Notes under the pieces: model-generated
What the model was told of the DNA's origin: nothing
The model's input: only the letters and a program-made list of their open reading frames with translations
Databases searched by the model: none
Position numbers and translations under genes: made by a program
In this document: in pieces, positions 12,900-22,358 of the stretch
How positions within the stretch are numbered: the first letter of the stretch is position 1
How the letters are laid out: the number at the start of each line of letters is the position of its first letter
NCBI GenBank assembly: GCA_030390025.1
Contig: CM059429.1
Span: 102,424,001-102,488,000 of the forward strand
From: Squalus acanthias
Lineage: Eukaryota
Length of the DNA stretch: 64,000 nt
Direction of reading: 5' to 3'

Positions 12900-14290
12900 T
12901 CAAGGGTGTGTTACTGTAACCATTGTAAAGCATGTTCTTCTTCTGCTCCTCCAGGTGCCCGAGAGAAGGATGCAGCCGAGCCAAATATACAGCCTCAACC
13001 TAGCACCTCACTGCACCTGCGCCACCCATTCCTGTGATACCCAGATGTACCCACTTTGAGGCGGCCTGTTAGAGAGCTGTAGGACGGAATACTTAGGCAA
13101 GCATTGAGAATAAGTGAGAAGAAAAAAGTACAGGTGGTGTTGCAGAAGATACAATCTGCTGGCTGGAGGGCCAACATTAGACCTTTTCCAGCTGTTGTGC
13201 CCAGGGATTCAGACCACACAAAACCTACCTGCAAACATTCTATGACAGCTCAACACCAGCACTTTATTTTAGACTATGCCATGCAGCCTGTACAGTTTAG
13301 GGGCATTATCAGGAAGCCCAGAGCCTGGATCTGTACAGTTCTGCTGGACCATCTGATCAATTTGCCATTGCTTGCTGCAGTGGAGCACGCATTAGCCGAG
13401 ATTCTAAGGTCGGGCCTAGCTTCACCCACATACGCTTTGACTGATCACTGTGGAGACCTTGAGCTTGATCTCCTGCTGGGGAATCAGATTTAGGCAGTAA
13501 TGGCATAAGGCTTGAAATACATCATTGCTGACTAGAGGTTTCATCTCCACAGATTGCGGGCCATTATAAGGAGCAGAAGGTTAGGCAGCAGAAGACACAC
13601 CATAGATTTTGACGAAGGGGAAGCACCAGGGTGAAACAATGAACACAGCAGCCCCATACAGAACAAGAGTTGATTGATACTAGAATGTGCTCTGACAGTT
13701 CTTTTGATAACGGACTGATTCAGGTTGCTGGGGTCAAATGAGGTTGCATTCATGAGTGCTGATATACAGCTGGGTCCAATTGAGAGAAAGCGTTATTTGG
13801 CATAGAGATTGTGATCATGTAAAAGGAACTGGTATGCGCTGGCAAGAAAAAAAGCTATTAATGAAAGGTTTAGCTCCTATCTGATAAATGAAGCAGTCTG
13901 AGCAGCTTGTTCTGCAGGCAATTCTTCTTTCTTATGATTGGTCTCATCTTCTTCTTCAGCTTCTTGCTGCTTTTCTTCTCCTGGCTGATTCATTGTCAGG
14001 CCCGTGATCAGTGCAAGCAACAGAAGCTCTGTTCGAGAATTCTGAAGGTGTGTTCCACTGTGACCCTGGTCGATTTGTGGGCTACATTGTACAGCTGCTG
14101 AGCTCTTTTCCTTGGGCCCCACAAAAGGCATCCCTGGAGTCTTGGCCCTTTAAATATGGCTAGGTCCAGTGACTGCTGCAGGATGAACACACCGTAGGAG
14201 TTGCCAGGGTAATTCTGCACCCTCCTTTGCTCCTTTTGTGTTCTCTTCTTGCTATTGGGCCACTCTGAGAACCTCAAACCTGAGGGGGTT
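12900..14290 (-). mobile_element. Degraded Harbinger remnant (transposase C-terminus on minus)
   Basis: YNVAHKSTRVTVEHTFRILEQSFCCL followed by an acidic tail (QQEAEEEDE) parallels [29 protein letters not shown] at 43750-44050. Left boundary uncertain; 12955-13600 may be the convergent second ORF. Confidence 0.6.
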
Positions 14291-14570
14291 TGGTTGCAAA
14301 GTCCAGTGCCAGTTTCTTGGGTGCCCTACAGCCGCAAAAATAACAAATTGAGGCAAGAGACCGGGGAACACCCCCTTCCCCATCTCATTAGAATTGGAAC
14401 GTGAGCATGCGTCTATTGCAAGTGCAGATCCTGCTCCACTCCTTGGGAGAAGTCCTGGAAATCCCGGGACAACAACCTCTCTTCCCTTTTTCCTGACTTG
14501 TGCATCAGGGATTAGAGAAAAAATTAGGCTAATCTGACTCAGTAGGCTTTGCAGTTAGTTTTGAATAACT

Positions 14571-16338
14571 GTCGCCGCGATTTTGCTGACCTCGGCGGGT
14601 CCATGGCGGGCGATGTAGGTGGTGGGTCCCGACCCCGCTGCTGGCTCCATCCCGCTGTGCAGAATGAATTTCCCTTGACTGGGCTTGTTAAGCCCACCCA
14701 GCGCGTTTCCCAGCCAATTAGAGGAAACGGGTCTGGTGATGTCATTTGATGACTCGTCATCAGCCGGTTTCCTTAAAGAGACCGTGTCCAAATTTATTTT
14801 GGCATTTGTGCTGTCAGCGTTCTACAGCATTGAGGTGCTGCAAACACTGACAAGCACTGCACAGAGGCACAGGGCTGCACCCAGGCTCTCTCATGACATA
14901 TGCTTATGGAGGGAGTCACAGCATGCAAGGAGGTCCTCTTCCCTTCCCATGGGCAGAAGAGACCTCCCCAGGAGATCAACACAGCCTGGTTGCACATTGC
15001 ACAGGAGGACACAAGCAGGGATTTGGTTAGGAGGACCTGGATGCAGTGCCGCAAACATTTCGATGATCTCAGTAGATCACAAAACATTAGTATAAAGCGA
15101 CACTCAACCTCATCCTGCTGTGCCTCTCATCACATCCCCAACACTCTGCCTTCCCTACCCTACTCCTGCATATCCTTACTCACACCAACTTACCTTGCAC
15201 CTCCACCCATCCCTCTCTATCTACATTATCACATCTCCATCTCACAGCCACCCCTCACACTCACCCTCATCCTAGTGCAATCATACCAACTAAGAACACA
15301 CAAGGGTAGGCACTTGGGTGTTTTATCCAATGTTCATGTAAAGTTTCTGTTAATGTGGTGTCAAACATTGAAACCTTTATTTTCAACACTTTGTGTTCTT
15401 GGACAGATTTGTGTGCACCTTTGGAAGTGGCTTAGTGAGTTGCAATGAATGGTGAGACATAACGGTACCCCTCACAATGGCGATGAGTGTGAAAGGTATG
15501 GCTTGGGCATTGTAGGGATGCTTTATGGTGTTGGTGTGGGGTGGTGCCAACCTAGCGCATCATGTGGCAGCCAGGGTGTACAGTGTCAAGTGAAGTAAAT
15601 CTGGCCATGGTGAGGCCATCCCTAGCCTCCCGGGCAGCAATGTGGTCGGGTGCTGATGCCCTGTGTCCTGTGCAGCATCAGGTGATTGCGGAGAATGTTG
15701 GTATGGTTGTTGGTGCTGCTGGTATGCCTGGTGATGCTGGTGTTGGAGCTGATTGTGGTGGGATTCTGAGGACCAAGGTGAGAGAGTTTCAAGGGCACCC
15801 ATGCTGATGGAATAGATGGCAGGTAAAGTAGAGATGACAGAAGCGATCTGTCAATGGTGGGAGAGGTAATGAGGTCAGACTGGATGGAGACTTATGTAAA
15901 GACTTGCAGCATCCTGAATCTGCAGTGAAAATGCAGTTTAGAGAAGCTCGTGGTTAAGGGAACATGTTTCAATCAGCTGGGAGCTTTGACTTGACATTTG
16001 AAGCTGTCAACTCATCAGCTGATTCAATGGCCAATGACCTCCCACCTCAGCTTCACAGACGAGGCCTAGGCACAGCGGGAAATCGGTGGGCAACCTGTCA
16101 AATCCAAAAAGCTGGGAACAAAAACATTGATAAGTGACTGTAAACAAGCCACTAAAGATTTTAATTGGCTCCCCCGCCGCTGCGTGTCGGGTCTGCTCAG
16201 CGCTGACAGACCCGACATTTGGTAAAGGCGCGTGGCAACGGGTTCACAGTGGGGTCCCGACCCGCTGGAGGAAAAAAACATTTTCCCACCCGACCCGCCA
16301 CTGATCGCGCCCACTGACCCCCCCGCAAAATCCAGCCC
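14571..16338. mobile_element. Internally deleted Harbinger derivative with a Myb/SANT fragment
   Basis: Right TIR GCAAAATCCAGCCC with a degenerate left counterpart; 14900-15075 (+) encodes KEVLFPSHGQKRPPQEINTAWLHIAQE..RRTWMQCRKHFDDL, homologous to the Myb ORF at 45946-46188. Confidence 0.75.
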
Positions 16339-16344
16339 TTTGTC

Positions 16345-16630
16345 TCTGAACCATACAGACCAGGTAGATACCAGGCTTTGATCCCTAATCTGTGTTTAAT
16401 TAGCTTACCTCAGCCAGTAGGAGCACTGCAATTGGCCCTAAAGCCAGGGCTCCTGCTCCTGAGCGTCTCCTGCTGGAGATGCACATGTGTGGACAGAATC
16501 AGGCTTGGCTGTGATTAAATAAACGCAGGAGTACTGGCCACTTGGGAATGGTACCTGTGGACGACCACTGCCTGTGGAACCAATAACCAGTAAAGGCAAC
16601 TAAGGAGTGGACAGGAGAATATTGGAGAGA
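16345..16630 (+). mobile_element. Old SINE (MER131-like)
   Basis: TTGATCCCTAATCTGTG..TTAGCT..CTCAGCCAG..CAATTGGCC..GGCCACTTGGG..TGGAACC; related to 10600-10830. Confidence 0.5.
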
Positions 16631-16919
16631 TAATAGTCTAAATGCTTTCTATAAAAAAGCAATTAAAAGTGCAGCACAATTCAAAATCAAACCTACTTAT
16701 ATGATTGCTTTTGTCTAAGAGCTTATCCTATACATATATGTGTGTGTGAGATGCAGCACACATCGGGTTAATTCATTTACTGATTTTTTAAAATAACTTT
16801 CAGGGAGCATGCAGTGTCACACTGGTAGCATGTGGTACAAGTGATACGTCAATGATCAGTAGCTAGACAGGGTTCTGTTGTGTGATTAATCTAGCGTGTA
16901 CTGAGGATGGGAATGTGAA

Positions 16920-17116
16920 TGAATGAGTCAAGCTCCATCGGTGACTGAAGTCACATGAGACTCTGCTGCAGCGCCCAACCCAGCTGTGTTCCTGTAGCAG
17001 AGAGCAGCGGCCACAGAGATAGCAACGTTGTACGCAACTTGAAGGCAGCCACAGTCCCTCACAGCAAACAAAATATCGATCTCTTTGGACACTGCAGTAG
17101 AAATGAGCAGGTAGGC
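16920..17116 (+). promoter_or_regulatory. Candidate promoter/first exon ending at a splice donor
   Basis: TGAGTCA (AP-1, 16924), GTCACATGA E-box, ATG at 16955 open for 52 codons to CAG|gtaggc at 17110/17111. No transcript evidence. Confidence 0.3.
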
Positions 17117-17271
17117 AAAAAAAAAAATCAGCAAAAAAAAAAAAAATTCAACCGGTTTTTAGGGTTTGAGCAGTATATAAGGAGTGAGTGCTGTACCAGT
17201 GGGGAGTGACTGTCAGGAGGCCTGAGAAAAGAAAATGCATTGAAATCAGCTGTACTAGTAAATGGAGATGT

Positions 17272-18016
17272 TCTTCTTATCTCTTCTTAGGCAGTCCCTC
17301 AGAACCGAGGATGACTTGCTTCCACCATTAAAAAAGAGTTCTCAGGTGACTGATGAGTCCAATGCGGGACCTACAGTCTCTGTCACAGGTGGAGCAGACG
17401 GTGGTTGAAGGGGCGGGTGGGGTGCTTGGGTTGACATGCGCTCCTTGCGCTGCTTGCATTTGGCTTCCGCTTGCTCCCGGTGAAGAGACTCGAGGTGTTC
17501 GGCGCCTTCCCGGATGCTTCTCCTCCACTTTGTGCGGTCTTGGGCCAGGGATTCCCAGGTGTCAGTGGGGATGTTGCACTTTTTCAAGGAGGCTTTGAGG
17601 GTGTCCTTGAAGCGTTTCCTCTGCCCACCTGGGGCTCTCTTGCCGTGTTGGAGCTCCGAGTAGAGCGCTTGTTTTGGGAGTCTCGTATCGGGCATGCGGA
17701 CAATGTGACCCATCCATTGGAGCTGATCGAGCGTGGTCAAAGCTTCGATGCTGGGGATGTTGGCCTGAGCGAGAACACTGACGTTGATGCGCCTATCCTG
17801 CCAATGGATTTGCAGGATCTTGCGGAGGCAGCGTTGGTGGTACCTCTCCAGTGCTTTGAGGTGCCTGCTGTACATGGTCCATGTCTCTGAGGCATACAGC
17901 AGGGCGGGTATCACTGCTGCTCTGTAGACCATGAGCTTAGTGCCGGGTTTGAGGTCCTGGTCTTCAAACACTCTCTTCCTCAGGTGACCGAAGGCTGCAC
18001 TGGCACTTCGTCATCA
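17272..18016 (-). mobile_element. 5'-truncated RTE-clade LINE with a 54-bp TSD
   Basis: TKLMVYRAAVIPALLYASETWT..HQRCLRKIL..PDTRLPKQALYSEL..GGQRKRFKDTLK; (AAG)n-like tail; flanking direct repeats 17218-17271 and 18017-18070. Confidence 0.93.
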
Positions 18017-18841
18017 AGGCCTGAGAAAAGAAAATGCACTGAAATCAGCTGTACTAGTAAATGGAGATGTATCAAAACAATTGTACTACAAAGTTAAGAG
18101 TACAGCATATTTTAACTTTCTTTATATGACATTGAGCAAGTTGCAGTATGTGTTCCCTTCCAGTCACAGATTTGTCAAACAACTAACATTATACTTCTAA
18201 ACAAAGATAATTAAAATCTTTATTGTCAGATGTTTAAAAATCTTTTATAAGTAATTCTACATTATCAGGTTATTATAATTGCATGTATTTCCTCCCTTCT
18301 GTTAAGTTCCCCCATGTCACAAACAATTTTCCAGCCAAGAGGCCAAGCAAGTAATCTACTGACAAACCTCTCCTAATGTTGAGCTCGGCACGAAGAGGTG
18401 TGCAACAGTGACCTTGATTGACTCACCAATTGATCCCACCTCACTTACTCACCTTGGCTTTAATTGGTAGCCTGTGAGAGCTTGACCAAGGTTGCAGTGC
18501 CTCTATGAGGGGAATGCAGATGCAAATCATTGGCCTACCACCGTGGCATGGTGTGTTGGCATGCTAATTTACTGTGCCACTCGTAAATGTAGTTTAGCTA
18601 ATGCAGTAAGATTTTGATTTTTTTTGGAACTATCATTTATGCAAGAAGTAAAATTATTGTAAAGCCTGCTAACCCTTACTATGACACCAACACCTTAACT
18701 CATTAGGTTACAATCTGGCTCCAAGGATGCAAATTACATATTTTTGATGCAGAAAAAATTGTGTCATGAATTTTCTATCACAAAATCATGTTAACTTTTA
18801 GCCTACTTGGTCTCAATTAACTGAAAATCCACATAGTCATG

Positions 18842-18970
18842 ACATACAAAAGAGGTCTTACTCTATGCCTCTCCAGGATCCAACTGATCAGCCCAGTATT
18901 TATCCTGGACTAATCACAGGAAGTGATGTAATAAAGTTCGAGTCACAGGAAGCTGTATTGTGTTACCACA
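18842..18970 (-). repeat. 3' LTR, missing the last 65 nt
   Basis: Matches 22230-22358 with a single substitution. Confidence 0.9.
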
Positions 18971-21900
18971 TTCTCCCCCCCCAAAAGATTAGGAGGCCGG
19001 GATGAAGTTCGAGTCACAGGAAGCTGTATTGTGTTACCACATTCTCCCTCCATTTCGTAGCCGCTGGACGAGGGAGAGCCGCACCCGTTTGGGTTCTCGT
19101 AGCGGTAGAGGGCCCCTAGCCCGTTTACCCGCCGTGGGCCGTGGACCAGAGTCCGAGTGATCCAGCCCGCTCTGTGAGGGGTCAGGACGATCCTGACTGT
19201 GCACTGGTGCCCGAACGGGTGTCGGGCATGTATGAGTATACCACCCGAGGGGCGGAAAAACTGAGGTTTCAATTCCGCACAGACTCTGCAGTCCGAGCAC
19301 ATCTTCTTTACATCCCCGGTAGAGAATGGGAGATTTCGGGACCGCACGAAGTGTAGCATGCGAGTAACGCCCGGATGACACAACCCATCATGGATGTCTA
19401 CGAGCGTAGAGGATGCCATGGCGGAGCAGAATGCTCGTGTGAGGGTATCCGGAGCCACATTCTCCTTGCCAGGTCGATAGTGGATGGTGTAACCAAAAGA
19501 GGCCAATTCCAGCCGCCAAAGCTGGATTTTATTATTTTTAATTTTGGTCCGTTTTCGATTATCGAGCATGAAGGCGACCGATCGCTGGTCCGTGATTAAG
19601 GTAAAGTGCTGGCGAGCTAGGAGGTGACTCCACTTCCGTACTGCCTCTATGATGGCTGTAGCTTCTTTCTCGACTGGAGGATAATGTAGCTCAGCCCCTT
19701 GAAAAGTCCTGGACAAAAATGCCACCGGACGACCTTCCTGATTCAGAGTGGCCGAGATCGCCACCTCCGAGGCATCACACTCAACAACAAAAGGAAGACT
19801 CTCATCGATGGAGTGAAGAGCCGCTTTCTCCAACTGTTTTTTCAGGAGGTTAAAGGCTGCAACAGCCGCTGTGTCTAGTGGGAATGTGCTGGCCTTCAGT
19901 AGAGGTTGGATTCGGTCCGAGAAGTTAGGAATCCATTTAGCATAGTATGCAAACAGGCCGAGGGCCCGGCGCAAGGAGGCCGGATTCTTAGGTGGCGGGA
20001 GTTCTTGGAGTGGGCGAAGCCTTTCAGGGTCAGGTTTAATGATGCCATTGCCCACACAATAGCCAAGGATGTTGATGGTTGGTTGTGACTCAATGGATTT
20101 AGCCGCATTTAATGTCAAATTACGGTGCTGGAGTGCATCCCAAAATCGTTGGAGATTGGCGTCATGTTCCCGCTGATTGCGACCTGCGACAGTAATATTG
20201 TCCAGATAAGGAAACGTATCCTTTAAGTCTTCCTGTTTGACCAGGTCATCCATTGCTCGCTGGAAGACAGCCACTCCATTGGTGACCCCAAAGGGGAGGC
20301 GACAAAATTGATACAGCCGTCCATTGGCTTCAAAGGCCGTATACTGCTTGTCTGAGACCTTCAAGGGTACCTGATGATAGGCACTTTTCAGATCATATGT
20401 TGAGAACACCGTGTACTCAGCCAGTTTATTAACCATATCATCGATGCGCGGCAATGGGTATGCGTCCAAGTCCGTATATTGATTGATGGTCTGTGAATAG
20501 TCAATGCACAGCCGTTTCTTGTGAGGTTGTAGAGGGTTCTTAACAATAACGACCTGGGCGCGCCATGGCGACGAACAAGGCTCGATGATATCCTCTGCTA
20601 AAAGCCGAGAAATCTCAGCCGCAATAAAAGACTGGTCTTCCTGACTGAAACGTCGTGACTTTGTTATAATCGGTTTGCATCGAGGAGGGATACTGGTAAA
20701 CAGTGAGGGTTCATCCAGTGAAGCTGCTGACAATGCACAGAACGGTAATCGAGGTCGTATATTAGAAATAGTGAGTTCAGGTTTGGATCCGCCGAACTCA
20801 ATGGTGAGCTTCTTATGCTGCTTTTGAAAATCCAGCCCTAAGATAAGATCACTACATAAGTCCTTGAGCACCGAAAGCCGGGTGGAGGGATACCTGTGAC
20901 CATTAAGTGTTATTTCAACCATACAAAAGCCAGAAATTCTGGTATTAAGTGATGACTGAGCCATCGCAATTGCCTGGTCAGATGGGAAAACATGTAGCTT
21001 TAACTCTGCAACAATCTGTTCCCTAATGAAACTATCAGTGCTACCTGAGTCAATTAAGGCATCTAAAGTATGTCCATTAATTGATGCTTTTGTAGCTGCA
21101 TGGAATAGGTTCTGAGGACAAGCAGCTGTAATTGGTGTCGTTGCACAAAGAGTGGCTGAAACTCTAGGTGTGTTTCTTCGAGAGAAAACCCGAGAGGAAG
21201 CACGATAGATTTTAGCCGGAACATCTTGATAGGCCCTTACCGGGGCAGTTCGGTAGGACTTAGCTTGATAAGCCCTCGTAGAGGCTCTTGATAGGCAAAC
21301 CTTTGCAAAATGACCCTTTTTGTTGCAATGACTGCAAAACGCATTGCGAGCAGGGCAGAATTTCCGAGGGTGAAACTCATCACCACAAAAGAAGCATTTC
21401 TTAGATTGCCAAGAGGCTGCCACAGTGGGGTCATCATCCTCTTCATCAGTGAAGTCATCAGATTGATCGTCAGGGATAAAGTCCTCCCTAATAGAGTTCA
21501 CCTGTGGCCTCTTAAATTGCCTGACTGTAGTTAAGGCAGCAGACCGAGGTCTGGGCACTGTATAAAGGTCTGCATTTCTTTTTGCCAGATCTAGAGAGCA
21601 AGCCATGTCATAAGCTCTCTGAAGCTCAAGTGTCTTACTTTCCAGTAGACGCTGGCGTATAAATGGGGAGGCAAGCCCGCAGATGAAAGCATCACGGATC
21701 ATTTCTTCACGGTACAGCTCAGCTGAGGCCGCCTGAAAGTTACAGTCCATACTAAGTCTGCGAAGCTCTTGGAGGAATTTATCAATGGATTCCTCCGGCC
21801 CTTGTTGGGCTGTAGCTAGTAGATGTCTGGCATAGACCTCATTCGGTGTCTTAGTATATAGTCTTTTAAGCGTCCGAATTGCCTCCTCGTAACTGCCCCA

Positions 21901-22086
21901 TTCCTCGACATACTGAAATACATTCGGGGTGACACAGTTGATGAGTATCCGCAATTTTGAGTCATCATCAGCCTTGCAATATTCGAGAAAATTGTCAAAC
22001 GTGCGATACCAGTGTTTCCACACCTTACCGGCTGCTGGGGTGTTTGGGTCCAAGTCAAGACGCGATGGTTTAAGGATGTTTTCCAT
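18943..22086 (-). CDS. Gypsy gag-pol polyprotein (Gag with two zinc knuckles, protease, RT, RNase H, integrase HHCC only)
   Basis: CFFCGDEFHPRKFC and CSHCNKKGHFAKVC; ALIDSGS; RLCIDY, DLKSAYHQ, PFGVTNG, YLDN; VECDASE, VEKEATAI, TDQRSV; HDGLCHPG..CSDCRVC. Homology ends after HARHPF (about 19215). Confidence 0.93.
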   Translation of the reverse strand: MENILKPSRLDLDPNTPAAGKVWKHWYRTFDNFLEYCKADDDSKLRILINCVTPNVFQYVEEWGSYEEAIRTLKRLYTKTPNEVYARHLLATAQQGPEESIDKFLQELRRLSMDCNFQAASAELYREEMIRDAFICGLASPFIRQRLLESKTLELQRAYDMACSLDLAKRNADLYTVPRPRSAALTTVRQFKRPQVNSIREDFIPDDQSDDFTDEEDDDPTVAASWQSKKCFFCGDEFHPRKFCPARNAFCSHCNKKGHFAKVCLSRASTRAYQAKSYRTAPVRAYQDVPAKIYRASSRVFSRRNTPRVSATLCATTPITAACPQNLFHAATKASINGHTLDALIDSGSTDSFIREQIVAELKLHVFPSDQAIAMAQSSLNTRISGFCMVEITLNGHRYPSTRLSVLKDLCSDLILGLDFQKQHKKLTIEFGGSKPELTISNIRPRLPFCALSAASLDEPSLFTSIPPRCKPIITKSRRFSQEDQSFIAAEISRLLAEDIIEPCSSPWRAQVVIVKNPLQPHKKRLCIDYSQTINQYTDLDAYPLPRIDDMVNKLAEYTVFSTYDLKSAYHQVPLKVSDKQYTAFEANGRLYQFCRLPFGVTNGVAVFQRAMDDLVKQEDLKDTFPYLDNITVAGRNQREHDANLQRFWDALQHRNLTLNAAKSIESQPTINILGYCVGNGIIKPDPERLRPLQELPPPKNPASLRRALGLFAYYAKWIPNFSDRIQPLLKASTFPLDTAAVAAFNLLKKQLEKAALHSIDESLPFVVECDASEVAISATLNQEGRPVAFLSRTFQGAELHYPPVEKEATAIIEAVRKWSHLLARQHFTLITDQRSVAFMLDNRKRTKIKNNKIQLWRLELASFGYTIHYRPGKENVAPDTLTRAFCSAMASSTLVDIHDGLCHPGVTRMLHFVRSRNLPFSTGDVKKMCSDCRVCAELKPQFFRPSGGILIHARHPFGHQCTVRIVLTPHRAGWITRTLVHGPRRVNGLGALYRYENPNGCGSPSSSGYEMEGECGNTIQLPVTRTSSRPPNLLGGENVVTQYSFL

Positions 22087-22164
22087 GATGGGTGATTCCC
22101 TGGATCCTTAGTTCCGAGTTCGTCCAAAAAGTTTGAGTGCGAAGTTTTTCAAAGTTGATTAAAT

Positions 22165-22358
22165 TGTCGTAAGAATGAGCCTTACGCGTGGTGAACTTAA
22201 AGTAAGCTTTAATCAACTAAAAAGGTGCTACATACAAAAGAGGTCTTACTCTATGCCTCTCCAGGATCCAACTGATCAGCCCAGTATTTATCCTGGACTA
22301 ATCACAGGAAGTGATGTAATAAAGTTCGAGTCACAAGAAGCTGTATTGTGTTACCACA
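22165..22358 (-). repeat. 5' LTR (194 bp)
   Basis: Minus strand TGTGGTAAC...CTTACGACA; TATA-like GATAAATA and ATTAAA poly(A) signal. Confidence 0.9.

Larger units (their letters stand above)
18842..22358 (-). mobile_element. Gypsy/Ty3 LTR retrotransposon, young, integrase core deleted, 3' LTR truncated
   Basis: 5' LTR 22165-22358 (TG..CA), partial 3' LTR 18842-18970 with 1 mismatch in 129 nt, PPT GGGGGGGGAGAA next to the 3' LTR, domain order Gag-PR-RT-RH-IN. Confidence 0.95.

Noticed and set aside
16928-17093. Minus-strand terminal coding exon (..ctgcag|TGTCCAAAG)
   Set aside because: No recognisable protein or partner exons; the polypyrimidine tract is just the A-run. Not fully excluded.
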